64,000 nt of DNA from the NCBI RefSeq assembly GCF_004010195.1, contig NC_057718.1, positions 70,229,382 through 70,293,381 of the forward strand. Reading direction: 5' to 3'. Shown piece by piece: positions 38,521-52,268 of the stretch. The position numbers and the translations under genes are program-made. Every line of letters starts with the position of its first letter. Within the stretch, counting starts at the first letter, position 1. A model generated the notes under the pieces. The model was not told the origin of the DNA, did not search any database, and was given only the letters and a program-made list of their open reading frames with translations. The stretch comes from Chiloscyllium plagiosum (taxonomy: Eukaryota).

Positions 38521-39314
38521 TGATTTCTCCAATTTATAGCTTTCATTCCCTGTTGGCATAAAATGTCACCTGCATGATGCAGCTTCTCCACGTCCTGGTG
38601 GTTATGGGGATGGACCAGGTGATGGAGGAATTTAAAAGTTTAAAAATTAGGGTTGCTAAACTGAAGTGTTGTCAGATCAGGAGTCATGCAAATTCAACAA
38701 ACTTGAGTGGGCAGTGAACAGGATATGCAGCAAATTAAGATATAACTGTGCTTTGAATGAGCAAATGTTGTGTATGTGAATGACTTGTCAGATGGGCATG
38801 AAATAGTTAAGTGTGATGATAACATTGGCATGGATGAAGTCTTAGTGATATTTCTGCTTGATGGCAGTGATATGCAGGAGGATGCAAGTAGTTTTAGTGA
38901 TGGTAAGAATAAGTGGTTATGTGTTAATTACCGTTTGAAACATCGGTTATTCTGGCCTTGTTCTGCTTAAAATAATTGTAAGGAATTGAAGCAGTGTTCA
39001 AGGAGAAGTGCTTGTGGTATGGACAAAAGTGAGTTCCATTTTCTCAATATTTCCTTGGAAAACATTTCCCTTCATTCAATATTGAATGTTCAATCATCAA
39101 TGTGACAAATCAGCCTGTAGAGAGTTTTGAAGCAAGGGCGGTGAGGTAGAAGTAAGAATCAAGCTCAGATCTGGAATAAGATATTTTTGGACGCTATACC
39201 AAAGGATTAGATGTTATGGATTCAAGAATATATTCTTGGACTCCAGAGCTTAAAGTGAATAATTGAGAGAAAAACCATTTCAGATGAATCGTTGCCCATG
39301 ATTCCATAGATAAG

Positions 39315-39542
39315 AATAGAAGTTCCCCTCCAAGCCACTCACCATCCTGACTTGGAAATATGTCATTTCAGTGTCATTGGGTTAATATGCTGGAACTCCT
39401 TCCTTCATGGCATTATAGGTATACCTACACAAAATGGATTGCGTGGTTCAAGACAGCTCACTACCACCTTCTATGGGGCAACTTAGGTGGGCAATAAATG
39501 CTGGCCCAGCCAGTCTCAGCATATCCCATGAATGAATTTAAA
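39315..39542 (+). mobile_element. Old CR1/L2-group LINE 3' end
   Basis: ccactcaccatcctgacttggaaata...ggcaataaatgctggcc...atgaatgaat tail. Confidence 0.6.
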
Positions 39543-40299
39543 AACAAACTGACTACAACTCCACATAGCTGGACAATAAAGGAGTCTTTAGGGTAGGGTG
39601 TAATAGTCAATTGTGTTGAAGACTATGGATAGGTTAAGAAGGAAGAGGTTGAGAGAATTTACAGGGATAAAGATAATCTGAACATTCCACAGTATGGAAG
39701 GAAGGTGGGAGTTGGGTCCTGGTGCCTGTGTGAGGAGGGAGTAGGGCTAGGTGGGCACGAATGGAGTCAGGCAGAGGCACCAGGAGCTGGGGTGGAGGTG
39801 GGAGTACTTGGACAAGGTCTGGGAAGGGAGTGAAGCCAGTACAGCTAGGGGTGAAAGCAGAAGAACAATTGAGACCTGGGGAGTGTAGAGCAGAAGCAAG
39901 TGTCGTAAGGGAATAAAGGTGTTATTTTCAGGAGCACAGTTGAACTCTGGGATATGATGAGATGGGGCCAAAGTTGATGGGAGTTAGGCCAAACCCTGGA
40001 GAGGGAAGTTGTCCCTGAGATGAGAGATGTGTGAGCTTTTATTAAGGAGGCGAAACTGACAAAATATGGGTGGAGCAGAGATGGTCGAGATCATGAGTGG
40101 GGTAAAATTTGATGGAAAGAGTATACTGGAAAATTGGGCTGTGCTTAGTATATGGGTTGCCTGATTTGGATGGCTTGCAAAGTGCAGAGGGAAGTGGATA
40201 TTAAGATGGTGGAAGTGTTCTCTGTAATCTTCCAAATGTTCCCGAGATATGGGGGGTGGTGTGCCAAAGTTGGCACATAACAAATGTGACATCCTTCTT

Positions 40300-41450
40300 C
40301 AAGAAAAGTTACAAGGACATTCCTGATTACTCAAATGTTGCTTAATATTAATAGTGGGTAGGTTCCAGAAACAATCAGATGGAAAAAAACATTCAGACAA
40401 TTGAAGAGGTTTCAGTTAATTGAGGAAATCCAGTAATGATTTGTAGAAGATGGATCATGCCTAACTAATCTAATTGAGTTCTTTAGATGAATTAAATGAG
40501 AGGAGAATTCAATGAATGCACTCTGAATGGATTTTAAGAAAACATTTGACAACATGCCGCGTAAAAGTGGCAAACAAAACTGAGGTTTATGAAGAAGTAA
40601 ATTTATAGTATTGTTTTAATCTTTCAATTCCAAAATCTCTTCACAATTGAAGAGAAGTGAAAAGGGAATGAGCTTTGTGTCGAAAAAGATGGGGTGGAGG
40701 AGCAATTGGAAATGGAACAGAAGGAAATATCAGGAAAACGTGCTGTCAAAATCATATTGAAGAAGGATGTAGTTGAGACTTTGGGTTGGCTAAAAACTGT
40801 GAAAGAAGCCAATGGATAGGCTATCTATCTGTACTTGGTAGCAAGAAGCACTGACTATCCTTCTGACCCTCCTTAGATGCACGTGCTTGAGATCTGAAAA
40901 TTGCCCCATTATTTACATCATATAGAAGGATAAACCTAATGTCTACAGTCCTGTCAGCTTAATTTTTGGAGTGCAAGTGATTTTATAAGTGATAATCTGG
41001 GACAAAATTGACACCCTTGGACAAATGTGGCTTGATTTAAGGAAAACCAGAAAGAATTTTTTTAAACATGGATGAGATTTAACTTCTGTTTAACATTTTT
41101 GTGGTAGTGCAGTTAATATGGCTGTGTATATTTCTAAGAAGTTTTTGCTAAGTACAACAAACAAGTTTGTGAGCCAAATAAAATCCATGAAATATAGGTG
41201 ACAGTGACAGTATGGAGGCAAAGTTAGCTGTGTCAGGAAACTGTAGTTGTAAGCCATTGTTTCTCTGACAGGAGTTAGGAATGCTCATCATTCATAGTGT
41301 TTTACTTTTGTCTTTACAATGGTGTTTCATAGGGACCAGTAGTAGAACTACTGATTTTCTTGATCCATATTGGTGACTTAGACTTGAATATACTGGGCAC
41401 AACTTCAACATTTGTGAATGACCTCCAGAATGAGAAAAGTTTATGAACTA
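40300..41450 (+). mobile_element. Highly decayed CR1-like RT fragments
   Basis: SCLTNLIEFF, MDFKKTFD and NYSPVSL-like remnants. Confidence 0.5.
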
Positions 41451-41544
41451 TGGGGCAAGGCTTTTTAAGATGCTTTTCCTTTTCAACACAATTTGAGGCC
41501 GCCAATCCAAAAATTCTAAGCAACAGGTGAAGCTAACTGGTATA

Positions 41545-43776
41545 TGTGAGACTAGATAAGAGGAAAAAGGATGAGTACATAAGGTCTAGGCGACTGAAGA
41601 CAGACAAAGCTTTGGAAGAATATCAGGAATGTAGGACCAATGAGATATCCTTAGCGAGCAGGGTTAAGGAAAACCCCAAAGCCTTTTTTTCATATATAAG
41701 GAGCAAGAGGGTAATCAGGGAAAGGGTTGGCCCACTTGAGGACAAAGGAGGACAGATATGCGTGGAGTCAGAGAAAATGGGTGAGATTCTTAATGAGTAC
41801 TTTGCATTGATATTCACTGAGGAGAGGGACATGGCGGATGTTGAGGTTAGGGATAGATTTTTGATTACTCTACGTTAGGTCGGCATAAGGAGGGAGAAAG
41901 TGTTGTGTATTCTAAAAGGCATTAAGGTGAACGAGTCCCCAGGTCAGGATGGGATCTATCCCAGGTTACTGAAGGAAGTGAGAGAGGAAATAGCTGGGGC
42001 TTTAATAGCTATCTTTGCGGCATCCTTGAAAACGGGAGAGGTCACAGAGGGTGTGGGGCAGTCCAGAACGAGAGAGCATAAATTTAAGGTGAGAGGGGAA
42101 AGATATAAAAGAGACCCAAGGGGCAACCTTTTCATGCAGAAGGTGGTACGTGTATGGAATAAGCTGCCAGAGGAACTGGTGGAGGCTGGTACAATTGCAA
42201 CATTTAAAAGGCATTTGGATGGGTATATGAATAGGTAGGGTTTGGAGGGGTCGGGTGCTGGCAGGTGGGACTAGATTGGGTTGGGATATCTGGTTGGCGT
42301 GGATGGGTTGAACCCGACGGTCTGTTTCAATGCTGTACATCTCTATGACTGTATGACTAGAGAATTGCTAATGTTGTCCCCTTGTTTAAGAAGGGTAGCA
42401 GGAATAATCCAGGTAATTGCAGACTGTCAACTTGCCGACAGTGGTAGGGAAGCTACTAGAGAAGATACTAAGAGATAGGATATATACCCACTTGGAAGAA
42501 AATGGGCTTATCAGTGATAGACAGCATGGTTTTGTGTAGGGAAGGTTATGTCTTACAAACCTAATAGAATTCTTTGAAGAGGTGACAAAGTTGATTGAGG
42601 AAAGGGATGTAGATGTCATACACATGGACCTGAGTAAGGCGTTTGATAAGGTTCCCCATGGTAGGCTGATGAAGAAGGTAAGGCTGCTTGAGGTCCAGAG
42701 TGTTCTAGCTAGATGGCTAGAGAACTGGTTGAGTAACAGGAGACAGTAGTAGTGGAATAGTGCTTCTCAAAATGGAGGTCTGTGATCAATGGTGTTCCAC
42801 AGAGATCCGTGCTGGGACCACTATTTTTTGTGATATATGTAAATGATTTGGAGGAAGGTGTAGATTGCCTCGTTAACAAGTTTGCAGATGACACTAAGAT
42901 TGGTGGAGTAGTAGACAGTGAAGGCGACTGTCAGAGAATACAGCAGAATATAGATAGATTGGAGAGTTGGGCAGAGAAATGGCAGACGAAGTGCAATCCA
43001 GACAAATGCGAGGTGATATGTTTTGGAAGATGCAATTCCAGAGCAAACTATACAGTAAATGGAAAATTGATGTACAGAGAGATTTGGATGTTCAGGTCCA
43101 TTGTGAAGGTGGCAATGCAGGTCAGTAGAGTGGTCAAGAAGGCATAAGGCATGCTTTCCTCATCAGACAGGGTATTGAGTACAAGAGTTGGCAGTTCATG
43201 TTACAGTTGGATAAGACTTTGGGTCGGCCTCATTTGGAATACTGCAGACAGTTCTGGTTGCGACATTACCAAAAGGATGTGGATGCTTTGGAGAGGGTGC
43301 AGAGGAGGTTCGCCGGGATGTTGCCTGGTAGTGGGGGGGTGCTAGGTATGAGGAGAGATTGGAGTTGATTAGGATTGTTTTCATTGGAAAGAAGGAGGAT
43401 GAGGGGGGGACCTCATACAAAATCATGAGGTGTAGCCAGGATGGATAGCAAGAAACTTTTTTTCCCAAAGTGGAGGACTCACATACTAGGGGTCACAAGT
43501 TCAAAGTGAAAAGAGAAAAGTTTAGGGGAGTTATATGTGGAAATTTCTTCACGCAGAGGGTGGTGGGTATCTGGAATGCATTGCCAGCAGAGATGGTAGG
43601 GACAGGAATAATAGTGTCATTTAAGATACATCTAGACAGATACATGAATGGGCAGGGAGCAAAGAGATACAGAACCTTACAAAATAGGCAACAGGTTTAG
43701 ATAGAGGATCTGGCTCGGCACAGGCTTGGAAGGCCAAAGTGTTCTTATGCTGTAATGTTCTTTGTTCTTTGTTCTA
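41545..43776 (+). mobile_element. CR1-like LINE with a nested CR1 3' end (~42050-42357)
   Basis: ORFs 41546-41878, 42782-43147 (NKFADDTK), 43470-43700; (tctttgt)n tail. Confidence 0.88.
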
Positions 43777-44199
43777 TTCTGCAGTAGCACCATAACTGAT
43801 ATTTGTCACAGACTGGATGCTGCCATCGATCCAAAAGATGTTCTGCATTTCTCTCATGAATAATTTGTATATAAATTTCAGAGCATTACCAGCATAAAGC
43901 CCAAGTTTCCCAGTGATGGTCCAATCATTAGACAAAGGAGCAGAAATATGGCATTCAGCCCATCAAGGTTGCTCAGCAATTGAAGAAGATCATGGCTCAT
44001 CTGATGATCCTCCATGCCTATATAATAAAATAATACAAATGCTAGAAATCTGAAACAGAAAATGCTAGAGAACCTCAACAGGACTAGCAGAGTAGCAAGA
44101 GAAAGTAGAGTAGCAAGAGAAAAACAGTGTTCTTGTTTGAAATCAGTTATGATTCTTCAGAACTGAGAGGTGTTGTATAATAGGATTTTTTAAATACTT

Positions 44200-45200
44200 C
44201 TGACAAACACAGAGGAGGAGCAAGAAGGCAGGTGGTGTAGAGGCCCAGGGCAAAAGACAAAGAAATGCTAACAGCAGAGAAATAAAAAAATGAGTTGTAA
44301 AATGGGTGTAAATTTGCAGTGTGAAAGGGAAAGCGTTAGTCCCAGTCAAATGGCGCTGGAAAAGTACAACAACATCCAAGGAGCAGGAGAGTTGATGTTT
44401 TGGGCATAAGCCCTTCATCCCATCTATTAAGTGCAGAGTAAACAAGACATGGCTATGTTTTACTGGGTGTGGGGATAGGCAGTGTTCTCTTTCTTAAACA
44501 AAAGACACAAAGTAGTCAGTTTCTGAGGGAGTGTCACTGAACCTGAAACATTAAGACCAACTGAGTTTCTCCAGCAGTTAATTTTTGTTTGATTTCCAGC
44601 ATCCACAGTTCTTTGTTTCAGTTTTTGAAGTTATTGAATTCAATATTGAGACTGTAAAGTGCCTAAGTGGGAAATGAGGTGTTGTTCGGTGAACTTGCAT
44701 TGTACTTCATTATAACGTTGCAGCACACCAAGGACAGAAATATAAACATGAGGACAAGGTGATTGATTAAAATAGCAAGCAATGGGAGATCTAGATCATT
44801 CCTACATTCAAAACTGTTGTTGTGCAAAGCAGTCACCTGGTGTTTGGTCTCATTTGAAGACTGTGGAGTTGGAAAAACACAACTGGCCAGGCAGCATACA
44901 GGATACAGGAGAATTGAGATTTTGAGCATAAGCCCTTCATCAGGACGGTGTTTGGTCTCAGCAGTGTAAAGGAGACTGCATTGTGAGCATTAAATGGAGT
45001 ACACCAGCTTGAACTGCTTCACCTGGAAGATGTGTTTGGTGCCTTGGACAGTGAGGAGGGAAGAAGTGCATAGATAAGTTTTATCTCTTTTTACAATTGT
45101 GTTGGAAAGTGCTGTGGGCAATGAGAGTCTTGGGGATATGGAGCAGGGTGTCAGAGAGGGAGCACTCCTTGTGGAATGTTGACAGTGGAAGGAAGTGGAG
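44200..45200 (-). mobile_element. Old Penelope-like fragments with nested terminal-repeat pieces
   Basis: GIY-YIG-like antisense remnants; aagcccttcatc repeat pieces at ~44355-44420 and ~44865-44945. Confidence 0.5.
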
Positions 45201-46504
45201 GAAATGGCAGAGATTGGTCTTTTGAATACAGAGACTCATGAATGCCTTAGATTTCTAAGTATTAAGCATTCTATATTTTGCAGCCTTGAGTATATTTAAT
45301 GACCTAGCATCAACAGCATTCTGAGGTAAACCATTCCATTGATTCATTAACCTCATATGTCTTGAATGTGCAACCCTTTTTCTGAGATCATACCCTCTGC
45401 TCCTCGACTCTCTCATAAGAGAAACAAACTTTATTAAACAGTACATTCCTTAAGCTGTTCCCAATAGGCAAAATTCTGAGTGCATTTAATCAGTCTGTGC
45501 TTGCAAAACTCTGAACATAGTGTTACATGTGATTCCATGATTGGATAGCATTTGCTGAACAATCCTAAGTTTGTGATGAATTACATTAACAATCAATTTA
45601 AGATCCAGTCGTGCTTGCAAATTATCCCTCTCATGCTTGCTAGAAGCCAGATATGCATGTCCTCAGCAGAAAAAATGTCCCCACATTACACCTTGTTTTG
45701 AATCAAATGAAAGCTTGAGAGATAATAGTTCTCTGCATTCTGCATGTCAATGTTTTGTACAATAAATGTCAACTTTCCATCCAGTCAGCACTTCATTCTC
45801 AGGCAGTATAAATTGTTGCACTGTTTGATACTTGACATTCTTGTCTAGATGTGTGTAACAGGAAATCTTCAACATTGCTTTTTTTTTCAGCAATATTCGA
45901 GTTCTGTATTGTATGATGAATAGCATGATGCTTAATTGGCAGCCAAACATCCATTTATCTAACATTAAAAAGATTATACTGTAATTAATAAAAATATTGG
46001 AAGACAATAGAAAAATAACATTTTAACAAAAACATCCCTGATGACTTTTATCCTGGGTTGCTTGTAGTAGTCTGGGAGATTAATGTTTTATTCCAAGAAA
46101 CTCTAAGATAATCCTGAAGAATTGGTAAATTTTACGTGAAGGGGGACAAGGGCTGAGAGAGATTTCAGAAAGTGGATTAACAAAAAAACCTGGCTATTTT
46201 GGCATTCTGAAATCAAACATGAATATTGAGTTGTTTTGCAAGAGGCTTAATGCAGTCCAGCTGAATCTTTGCTAACTTAAAGTTGCTGTGCACTCAAATT
46301 TGCAACATTCAAAAACTCAAGTGTTTGGACCATTGGCAGAGTATTGACATTTCTTATACAGGATAACAAACTCTGCTTTGATGTCACAGCTACTTAGTAA
46401 AATAGATTTGGACCTTACTTAACTCTAAAGAGATTAATGGAACAGGCAAAGCCAGCAAATTAAATTACGGCACTGTGGTAACAGCTCATTCCTTTGTATT
46501 TCAG

Positions 46505-46589
46505 ATGTCCAGCAGGATATTATGGAAACATCATGTATGACAGAAGGGTAGTACGAGGAAATACATATGCACAGCATACCCTCCCAGCG
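46505..46589 (+). CDS. RSPH3: Radial spoke head protein 3, coding exon 2
   Basis: (Q)CPAGYYGNIMYDRRVVRGNTYAQHTLPA with the conserved RSP3 motif YGNIMYDRRVVRGNTY; tttcag acceptor and gtatgt donor; phase fits exon 1. Confidence 0.93.
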
Positions 46590-46718
46590 GTATGTGTACT
46601 GAAACTTATTTCCAGTTTTACTAAGTTAGATAATTTAGCAAAATGATGTGTGCTGATTTCTTAAACTGGCAATGCACTGGATTCAAAGGAGAATAAATTC
46701 TGTTCACAGTTGAAGACT

Positions 46719-46934
46719 TAGATACAAAAATATGATAGATGCTGGAATCCAAGGTAGACAAGCAGGAGGCTGGGAGAACGCAGCAAGCCAGGCAGCATGA
46801 AGAGGTTGAGAAGTCAATGGTTCAGTTGTAACCCTTCTTCAGGCCTGAAGAAGGATTACACCTGAAACATCGACTTCTCCACCTCCTGATGCTGCCTGGC
46901 TTGCTGTGTTCTTTCAGCCACCTGCTTGTCTACC
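46719..46934. mobile_element. Short fold-back Penelope-like insertion (third variant)
   Basis: Palindrome 46753-46934 centred on cttcaggcctgaag; TSD cacag(t/c)tgaaga(c/t)t at 46705-46718 and 46934-46947. Confidence 0.78.
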
Positions 46935-47769
46935 ACAGCTGAAGATTGGCAATTTCAGATTTAGTAGGTTCACACTTAAATTCATAGTTGTGTTCATAAA
47001 TGTTGTGACTTTAAGTAAATTATAGGTTCACAAAGAGATCTATGTTAAAACTGGAATAAAAGCAAAATTCTGGAAATCTGAACCAAAAGCAGAGAATGAA
47101 ATAAAATGATGATTGCTATTTCAGTTGACCAACTTGCTCACACACTAACATTTCTGTCCTACCCTGGCCTTGCTCTGATATTGCAACAAAGCAAAACACA
47201 AGCTCAAGTAACAACAACTCATCTTCTGCTTGGGCACTTTACATCCTTGTTGTCTCAGTACTGAATTAATTAACTTTAGAAACCAGATTATGTCTGTTCT
47301 CCATTTTTCTTATTCTCCCCCTCCTGTCCCCACAGTCATGTTGTATTTGTGTCTTGTTTAATTTCAGTTTAGTAGCAAGGACCAATTGTTTCCATTTCAC
47401 AGCTTAATTTACACTTTTTTTCCCCTTTCTCCACTATTAACCCCTTTGTCATTTGCAGTGGACCCCAATACTATCTGCCAGTCTGCTCCTCCTCAGCCTG
47501 TCAAAGTAAAAGAGAGAAGCTATTTTCCAACACCTTTCAGCTCTGAAGAAGATTCACACCAGACTTGAAACATCAATTCTCTTTCTCTTCACAACTTGAG
47601 TTTCTTCAGCATTCTGTTTGTTGAAGTTAAAATTGGTGCTGTGTTCCTTTGGTTGCACCCACAGATGCGATATGTCAATTGTACAAGCTGAAATATTGTT
47701 CTGTATTCTTATATGAAATAATATGTACAGTTTTTCAAAAATCACAATTAAATAAACACATTCTATAAA

Positions 47770-48345
47770 TGGAGGTAAGTTTGTTCCCTGTGATGGAAGG
47801 TTCATTTTTAGATGTTTCATCACCATACTAGGTAACATCAGCAGCACTGGTGGTATGGCCCACCTTTTATTTTTGTTGGTGATGCCATTTCCTGTGGTGA
47901 TGTCATTTCCTGTTCTATTTCTCAGGGGGTGGTAAATGGGATCCAAGTCAAGTGTTTGTTGATAGAGTTCCGTTTGGAGTGCCATGCTTCTAGGAATTCT
48001 CATGTGTCTCTGTTTGGCTTGACCTAGGATAGGTGTGTTGTCCCAGTCGAAGTGGTGTCCTTCCTCATCTGTATGTAAAGATACTAGTGAGTCTTTTCAA
48101 TGTCTTTTTGTGGCTAGTTGATGTTAATGTATCCTGGTGGCTAGTTTTCTGCCTTTGTCCAATTTAATGTTGGTTAAAGTTCTTGCAAGATATTTTGTAA
48201 ATTACATTAGTTTTGCTTGTTTTTGTATAGGTTCTTTCAAGTTCATTGGCCGCTGTTTTAGTGTGTAGGTGAGTTTGTGGGCTACCATGATGCCAAGAGG
48301 TCTGACTTGTCTAGCACTCATTTCCAAGATATCTTAAATGTAGGG
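47770..48345 (-). mobile_element. Penelope-like 3' fragment
   Basis: Antisense EFLEAWH..SINKHLDLDPIY-type GIY-YIG end and degenerate hammerhead core. Confidence 0.65.
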
Positions 48346-48560
48346 GAGTCCTTGGGCTATTCACCTTATCTGTGCCCCTCATGATTTTATAAACCTCTAT
48401 AAGATCACTCCTCAGCCTCTGCCATTATAGGGAAGAAAGTCCCAGCCTATCCAGCCTCTTCTTATAACTCAAACTCTCCAATCGCAGCAATATCCTTGTA
48501 TAATTTTTTTCTGTACCTTTTCCAGTTTAAGCAAGGCAACTACAATGTTACACAGTGAGG
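48345..48560 (-). mobile_element. CR1-like 3' fragment
   Basis: Antisense RLDRLGLF..RGDLIEVYKIMRG. Confidence 0.65.
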
Positions 48561-49127
48561 GGAATATTATAATTTTACAATGTTTTTAAACTTAAGACAA
48601 TTAAAAAGGAAATAATATTTAACGTGGAAGCATTCTATCGGTACCTAGTTATAGAATTAGTTTGGGCTGAAGAGCACTAAGAGATGAGCAAAATAAGCTC
48701 AGTGGATTATGATAAAATGACTCCTTATTTTTGGTAAGGAGTCTGAATAAGCTAATTGCAATGGTGGAAGTCATCAAGAGGGATATTATAATAATTGAGA
48801 GCAAAAAAAATGTACAAGATAAACTAGATAATTAAAACCACAGATACTTGAGAAACTTGCAGGACAAAAACACTGGTATTTATTTATAAAAATTCAACAC
48901 AAAATAAGTAATTTTTGAAGATGACTGCGTATCAGGTGTAATTCCAATTTTAAAAGAAAAATTGAAATAACTGAGGAAGTACTAGGTAAGTATCAGTGAC
49001 AAGAAAGATATTGGAATTCCAGCTTAAAAAATATCCAGTGACAGAGCATTTAGGTGTGGAGAATGCAATGTGGGGGAGAAGCATGGATTTCTAAAAGGTC
49101 AGTTTTGTTGAATAATTAATTGAAGGA

Positions 49128-49632
49128 ATTCAAGATGGTGGCAGAGTACGCAACATCTGGATTCCTCAGCCTGGGGATCGTCCATTCCATCTATTTTCTT
49201 TCTCTTTTCCTGTTCTTCTCTTTTTTAAAAAGACTGAAAGAAAACTTACCTTGGTGCAGCTGAGGGCCAGAGTAGAGGGGGCTTGGAGGCTGGCGTGGGA
49301 ATAGTCACCAGGCCCTGACTAGAGTGGGGATAGTTGTTGGACTGGGGGCCAGTGCGAGGGTCAGCACCTTGCGAGCCCAGTCAGACCATGTCTGCATGCC
49401 TACATTGATCTGTTGCAGGCCCTTTATGAAAGGACTATAATATTAATCTTTTTAAAGTTATTTCTTAATTTTCTAACTTATACTATGAATACTGTAAGGT
49501 AATATAAGTTTTTCATTTCTCTAGTTTATATCTACGATTTGTACCTTGGTACTTTGTACCTAAGATGACATTGTAAACTGTTCACGGTGTACTTTTGTAC
49601 TTGAGTACATGTGATAATAAATCTAATTCTGA
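49128..49632 (+). mobile_element. Non-autonomous retroposon-like repeat (family unassigned)
   Basis: Starts ttcaagatgg; ends tgtacttgagtacatgtgataataaatctaattct (LINE-like tail). Confidence 0.4.
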
Positions 49633-50497
49633 ATAACTGATTTAGACAAGAACAGTGCAGTTCTGCTAAACATTGACTTTCAAAGCCACTTTAAAATGGT
49701 ATGTATGAAATTAAATAAAAGATCCCATTTTGTCTAGGGGCAATGATTAGATTCTCTTATTGGAGAGGGTCACTGCATGGCATTTGTGTGATATGAACGG
49801 TACTTGTGTAATGTTAAAATATTAAATTGGACTATCTCCCTGTAATTAAAGGGTTAAACTGTACTGTTTTCTTCCAGAAACTGAACATTCTGGAAGTGGG
49901 TGGGGACAACATTCATGCAGGAATGCGGATTTAGACAGCCATTTACTACTACTCTCCTACTATTATCAAATTAAACTCATTCAGTCCCTTCCATTCAGAA
50001 ATACTTTCATAGTCATCCCCTAGCCAATCAGGTTCACTTGCATGATCATCCCCGATACTGAAGTATATCACACCTACATTTTCTGTGGAAGTAGAGGAAC
50101 CAGAACTCATTTGCAAGGCAGCCCTGAAACTAGGACATATGACACCTATATTGTCTTGGGTAATCATGGAGTCAAGAAATCGTCTGCATAATGATTTCCC
50201 AGGATTAGGGCATTTACATTTACATTATCTCCAAGGATGACCTCATCCTACCACTGTACTGGGTAGCATGTGGTTATGGCCGGGGAGTGGCCAGATTACC
50301 TGTAAACATTACTAGTTGACCTGTATAACAGGAATGTGTTTTTCTTGTTCAGGGCCTCATTTTGACTCAACTTTACATGATCAGCAAAGAGTGCCAGAAG
50401 GGGTCACCAAGCTTGTACAAGCTTTAATAAACTTTAACTGTTTGCAGAAGGTGGTATGTGCAAATCACATCTCGTGTGTGAAATCTCGGGAAAAGAA

Positions 50498-50840
50498 CGG
50501 CACGGTGGCTCAGTGGTTTGCACTGCTGCCTCACAGCACCAGGAACCTCTTTTCGATTCTAGCCTCGGGTGACTGTCTGTCTGTGTGGAATTTGCGCATT
50601 CTCACTGTGTCTGTGGGTTTCTTCCGGGTGCTCCGGTTTCCTCCCACAGTCTAAAGATGTCCAGGTCAGGTGAATTGGACATGCTAAATTCTCCATATTC
50701 AGGGATGTGTAGGTCCGATGCATTAATCAGGGGTAGATATAGGGTAGGGGGAGTGGGTCTGGGTAGTTTACTCTTCGGAGGATTGGTGTGGACTTGGTGG
50801 GCTGAAGGGTCAATTTCCACACTGTAGAGATTCTATGATT
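50498..50840 (+). mobile_element. HE1-like SINE
   Basis: Full consensus. Confidence 0.88.
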
Positions 50841-50913
50841 CCACTTGTCAGCTAAAACCTGGTATTGTCCATGTTTAGTTGCATTTGGTCATGGAATGCT
50901 TCACTATCTGAGG

Positions 50914-51260
50914 TAGAATCCCTACAGTACAGAAACAGGCCCTTCGGCCCAACAAATCCGCACCGACCTTCCAAAGAGTGACCCACGCAGACCAGTTCCC
51001 CTCTCACCTATTGTCCTATATTTACCCCTGACTAATGCAACTAACCTACACATCCCTGAACACTATGGGCAATTTAACGTGGCCAATTAACCTAACCTGC
51101 ACATCTTTTGCTTGTGGGAGGAAGCCAGAGCACCCAGAGAAAACTCACACAGACACAAGGAGAATGTGTAAACTCGACACTGACAGTTGCCTGAAGTTGG
51201 AATCAAACCCAGCCCCTGGCGATGTGAGGCAGTAGTGCTAACCACAGCCACCATGCCACC
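50914..51260 (-). mobile_element. HE1-like SINE
   Basis: Full consensus on the minus strand. Confidence 0.88.
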
Positions 51261-51264
51261 CATG

Positions 51265-51630
51265 TCGTGAATGGTGTTGAGCATTGCTCAATTATTAGCG
51301 AACATCCACACTTCTGACCTTATCTGTTGGAAGGAAGGTCATTGAAGCAGTTGAAGAGAGTTGGTCCTAGGGTACTAGAAATGTCCCAGAACTGACATAA
51401 CTGATTTTCAACAAATGCAATTAACCTCCTAGATGCCATGTCTGACTCCAACTGGTGAAGACTTTGCCCCCTGATTTCCATCAATTCTAGTTTTGCTAGG
51501 GCTCCTTGATGCCACACTAAGTCAAATGTGACCTTGATGTCACTCTTGTGTCATCTGTGGAATTCAACTGTTTTTGTCCATGTGTGAACTAAAGCTATAA
51601 TGAGGTCAGGAGCTGAGTGTCCCCCTGGCA
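51265..51630 (-). mobile_element. Old CR1/L2-group LINE RT fragment
   Basis: Antisense VWHQGALAKL..LGPTLFNCF.NDLP; related pieces on + at ~54100-54840 and ~60555-60900. Confidence 0.65.
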
Positions 51631-52160
51631 GATGAGAGATTTGGAGCTCTCTTCTACAAACAGCAGTTGATCCACAGTTAGGCCACAGATCAGTCATGAT
51701 CTTCCCATTGAGGTTGCAGGGGCTGAATGGCCTACTATTGTTCCCATGTTCCTAAATTTTTCTTCTGTTGTTTAAGAATTTTTTAGTTTTGTCTCAATGT
51801 TGCTGTAAATGAATACCATATTGACTAAATTTTAAAACCTGATCTATCAAGCCAGGTTTTATACTGGGATCTGATTTGTCCAGCAGAAGCATCAGATGGT
51901 ATCATAATGAGTGTAAATACTGGAAAAGGACAAGTCTCTTGTATTCCTAAATTGTGTTTAGAAGATCTTTACTACAGAATTGTGTCCAATTTAATGATGA
52001 AGGAACCTCGACCTGGCTCTTAGAATAGAGGTAGGCCAAGTTGATCAAGTGTCAGTTGGGAGCATTTGGGACAGTGGAAAAGAACAACGAACAATCAGGA
52101 GTAAGCATAATCAACTAACTTCAATGGGGCAAAAAGAAAAGCTGAGCTAGATAGACTAGA

Positions 52161-52268
52161 GTTGAAACTTTATTGCTGGAACAGCACAGCAGGTCAGGCA
52201 GCATCCAGGGAACAGGAGATTCGACGTTTCGGGCACAGGCCCTTCTTCAGGAATGGCCTGTCTATCTT
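52161..52268 (-). mobile_element. Minimal Penelope-like insertion with hammerhead motif
   Basis: 14-bp TSD ctagatagactaga at 52147-52160 and 52269-52282. Confidence 0.8.
52219..52254 (-). ncRNA. Minimal hammerhead ribozyme motif (Penelope type)
   Basis: Minus strand reads AUUC-CUGAAGA-A-GGGC-CUGU-GCCC-GAAA-CGUC-GAAU: stem I, catalytic core, stem II, palindromic ACGU stem III, GUC site. Confidence 0.7.
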
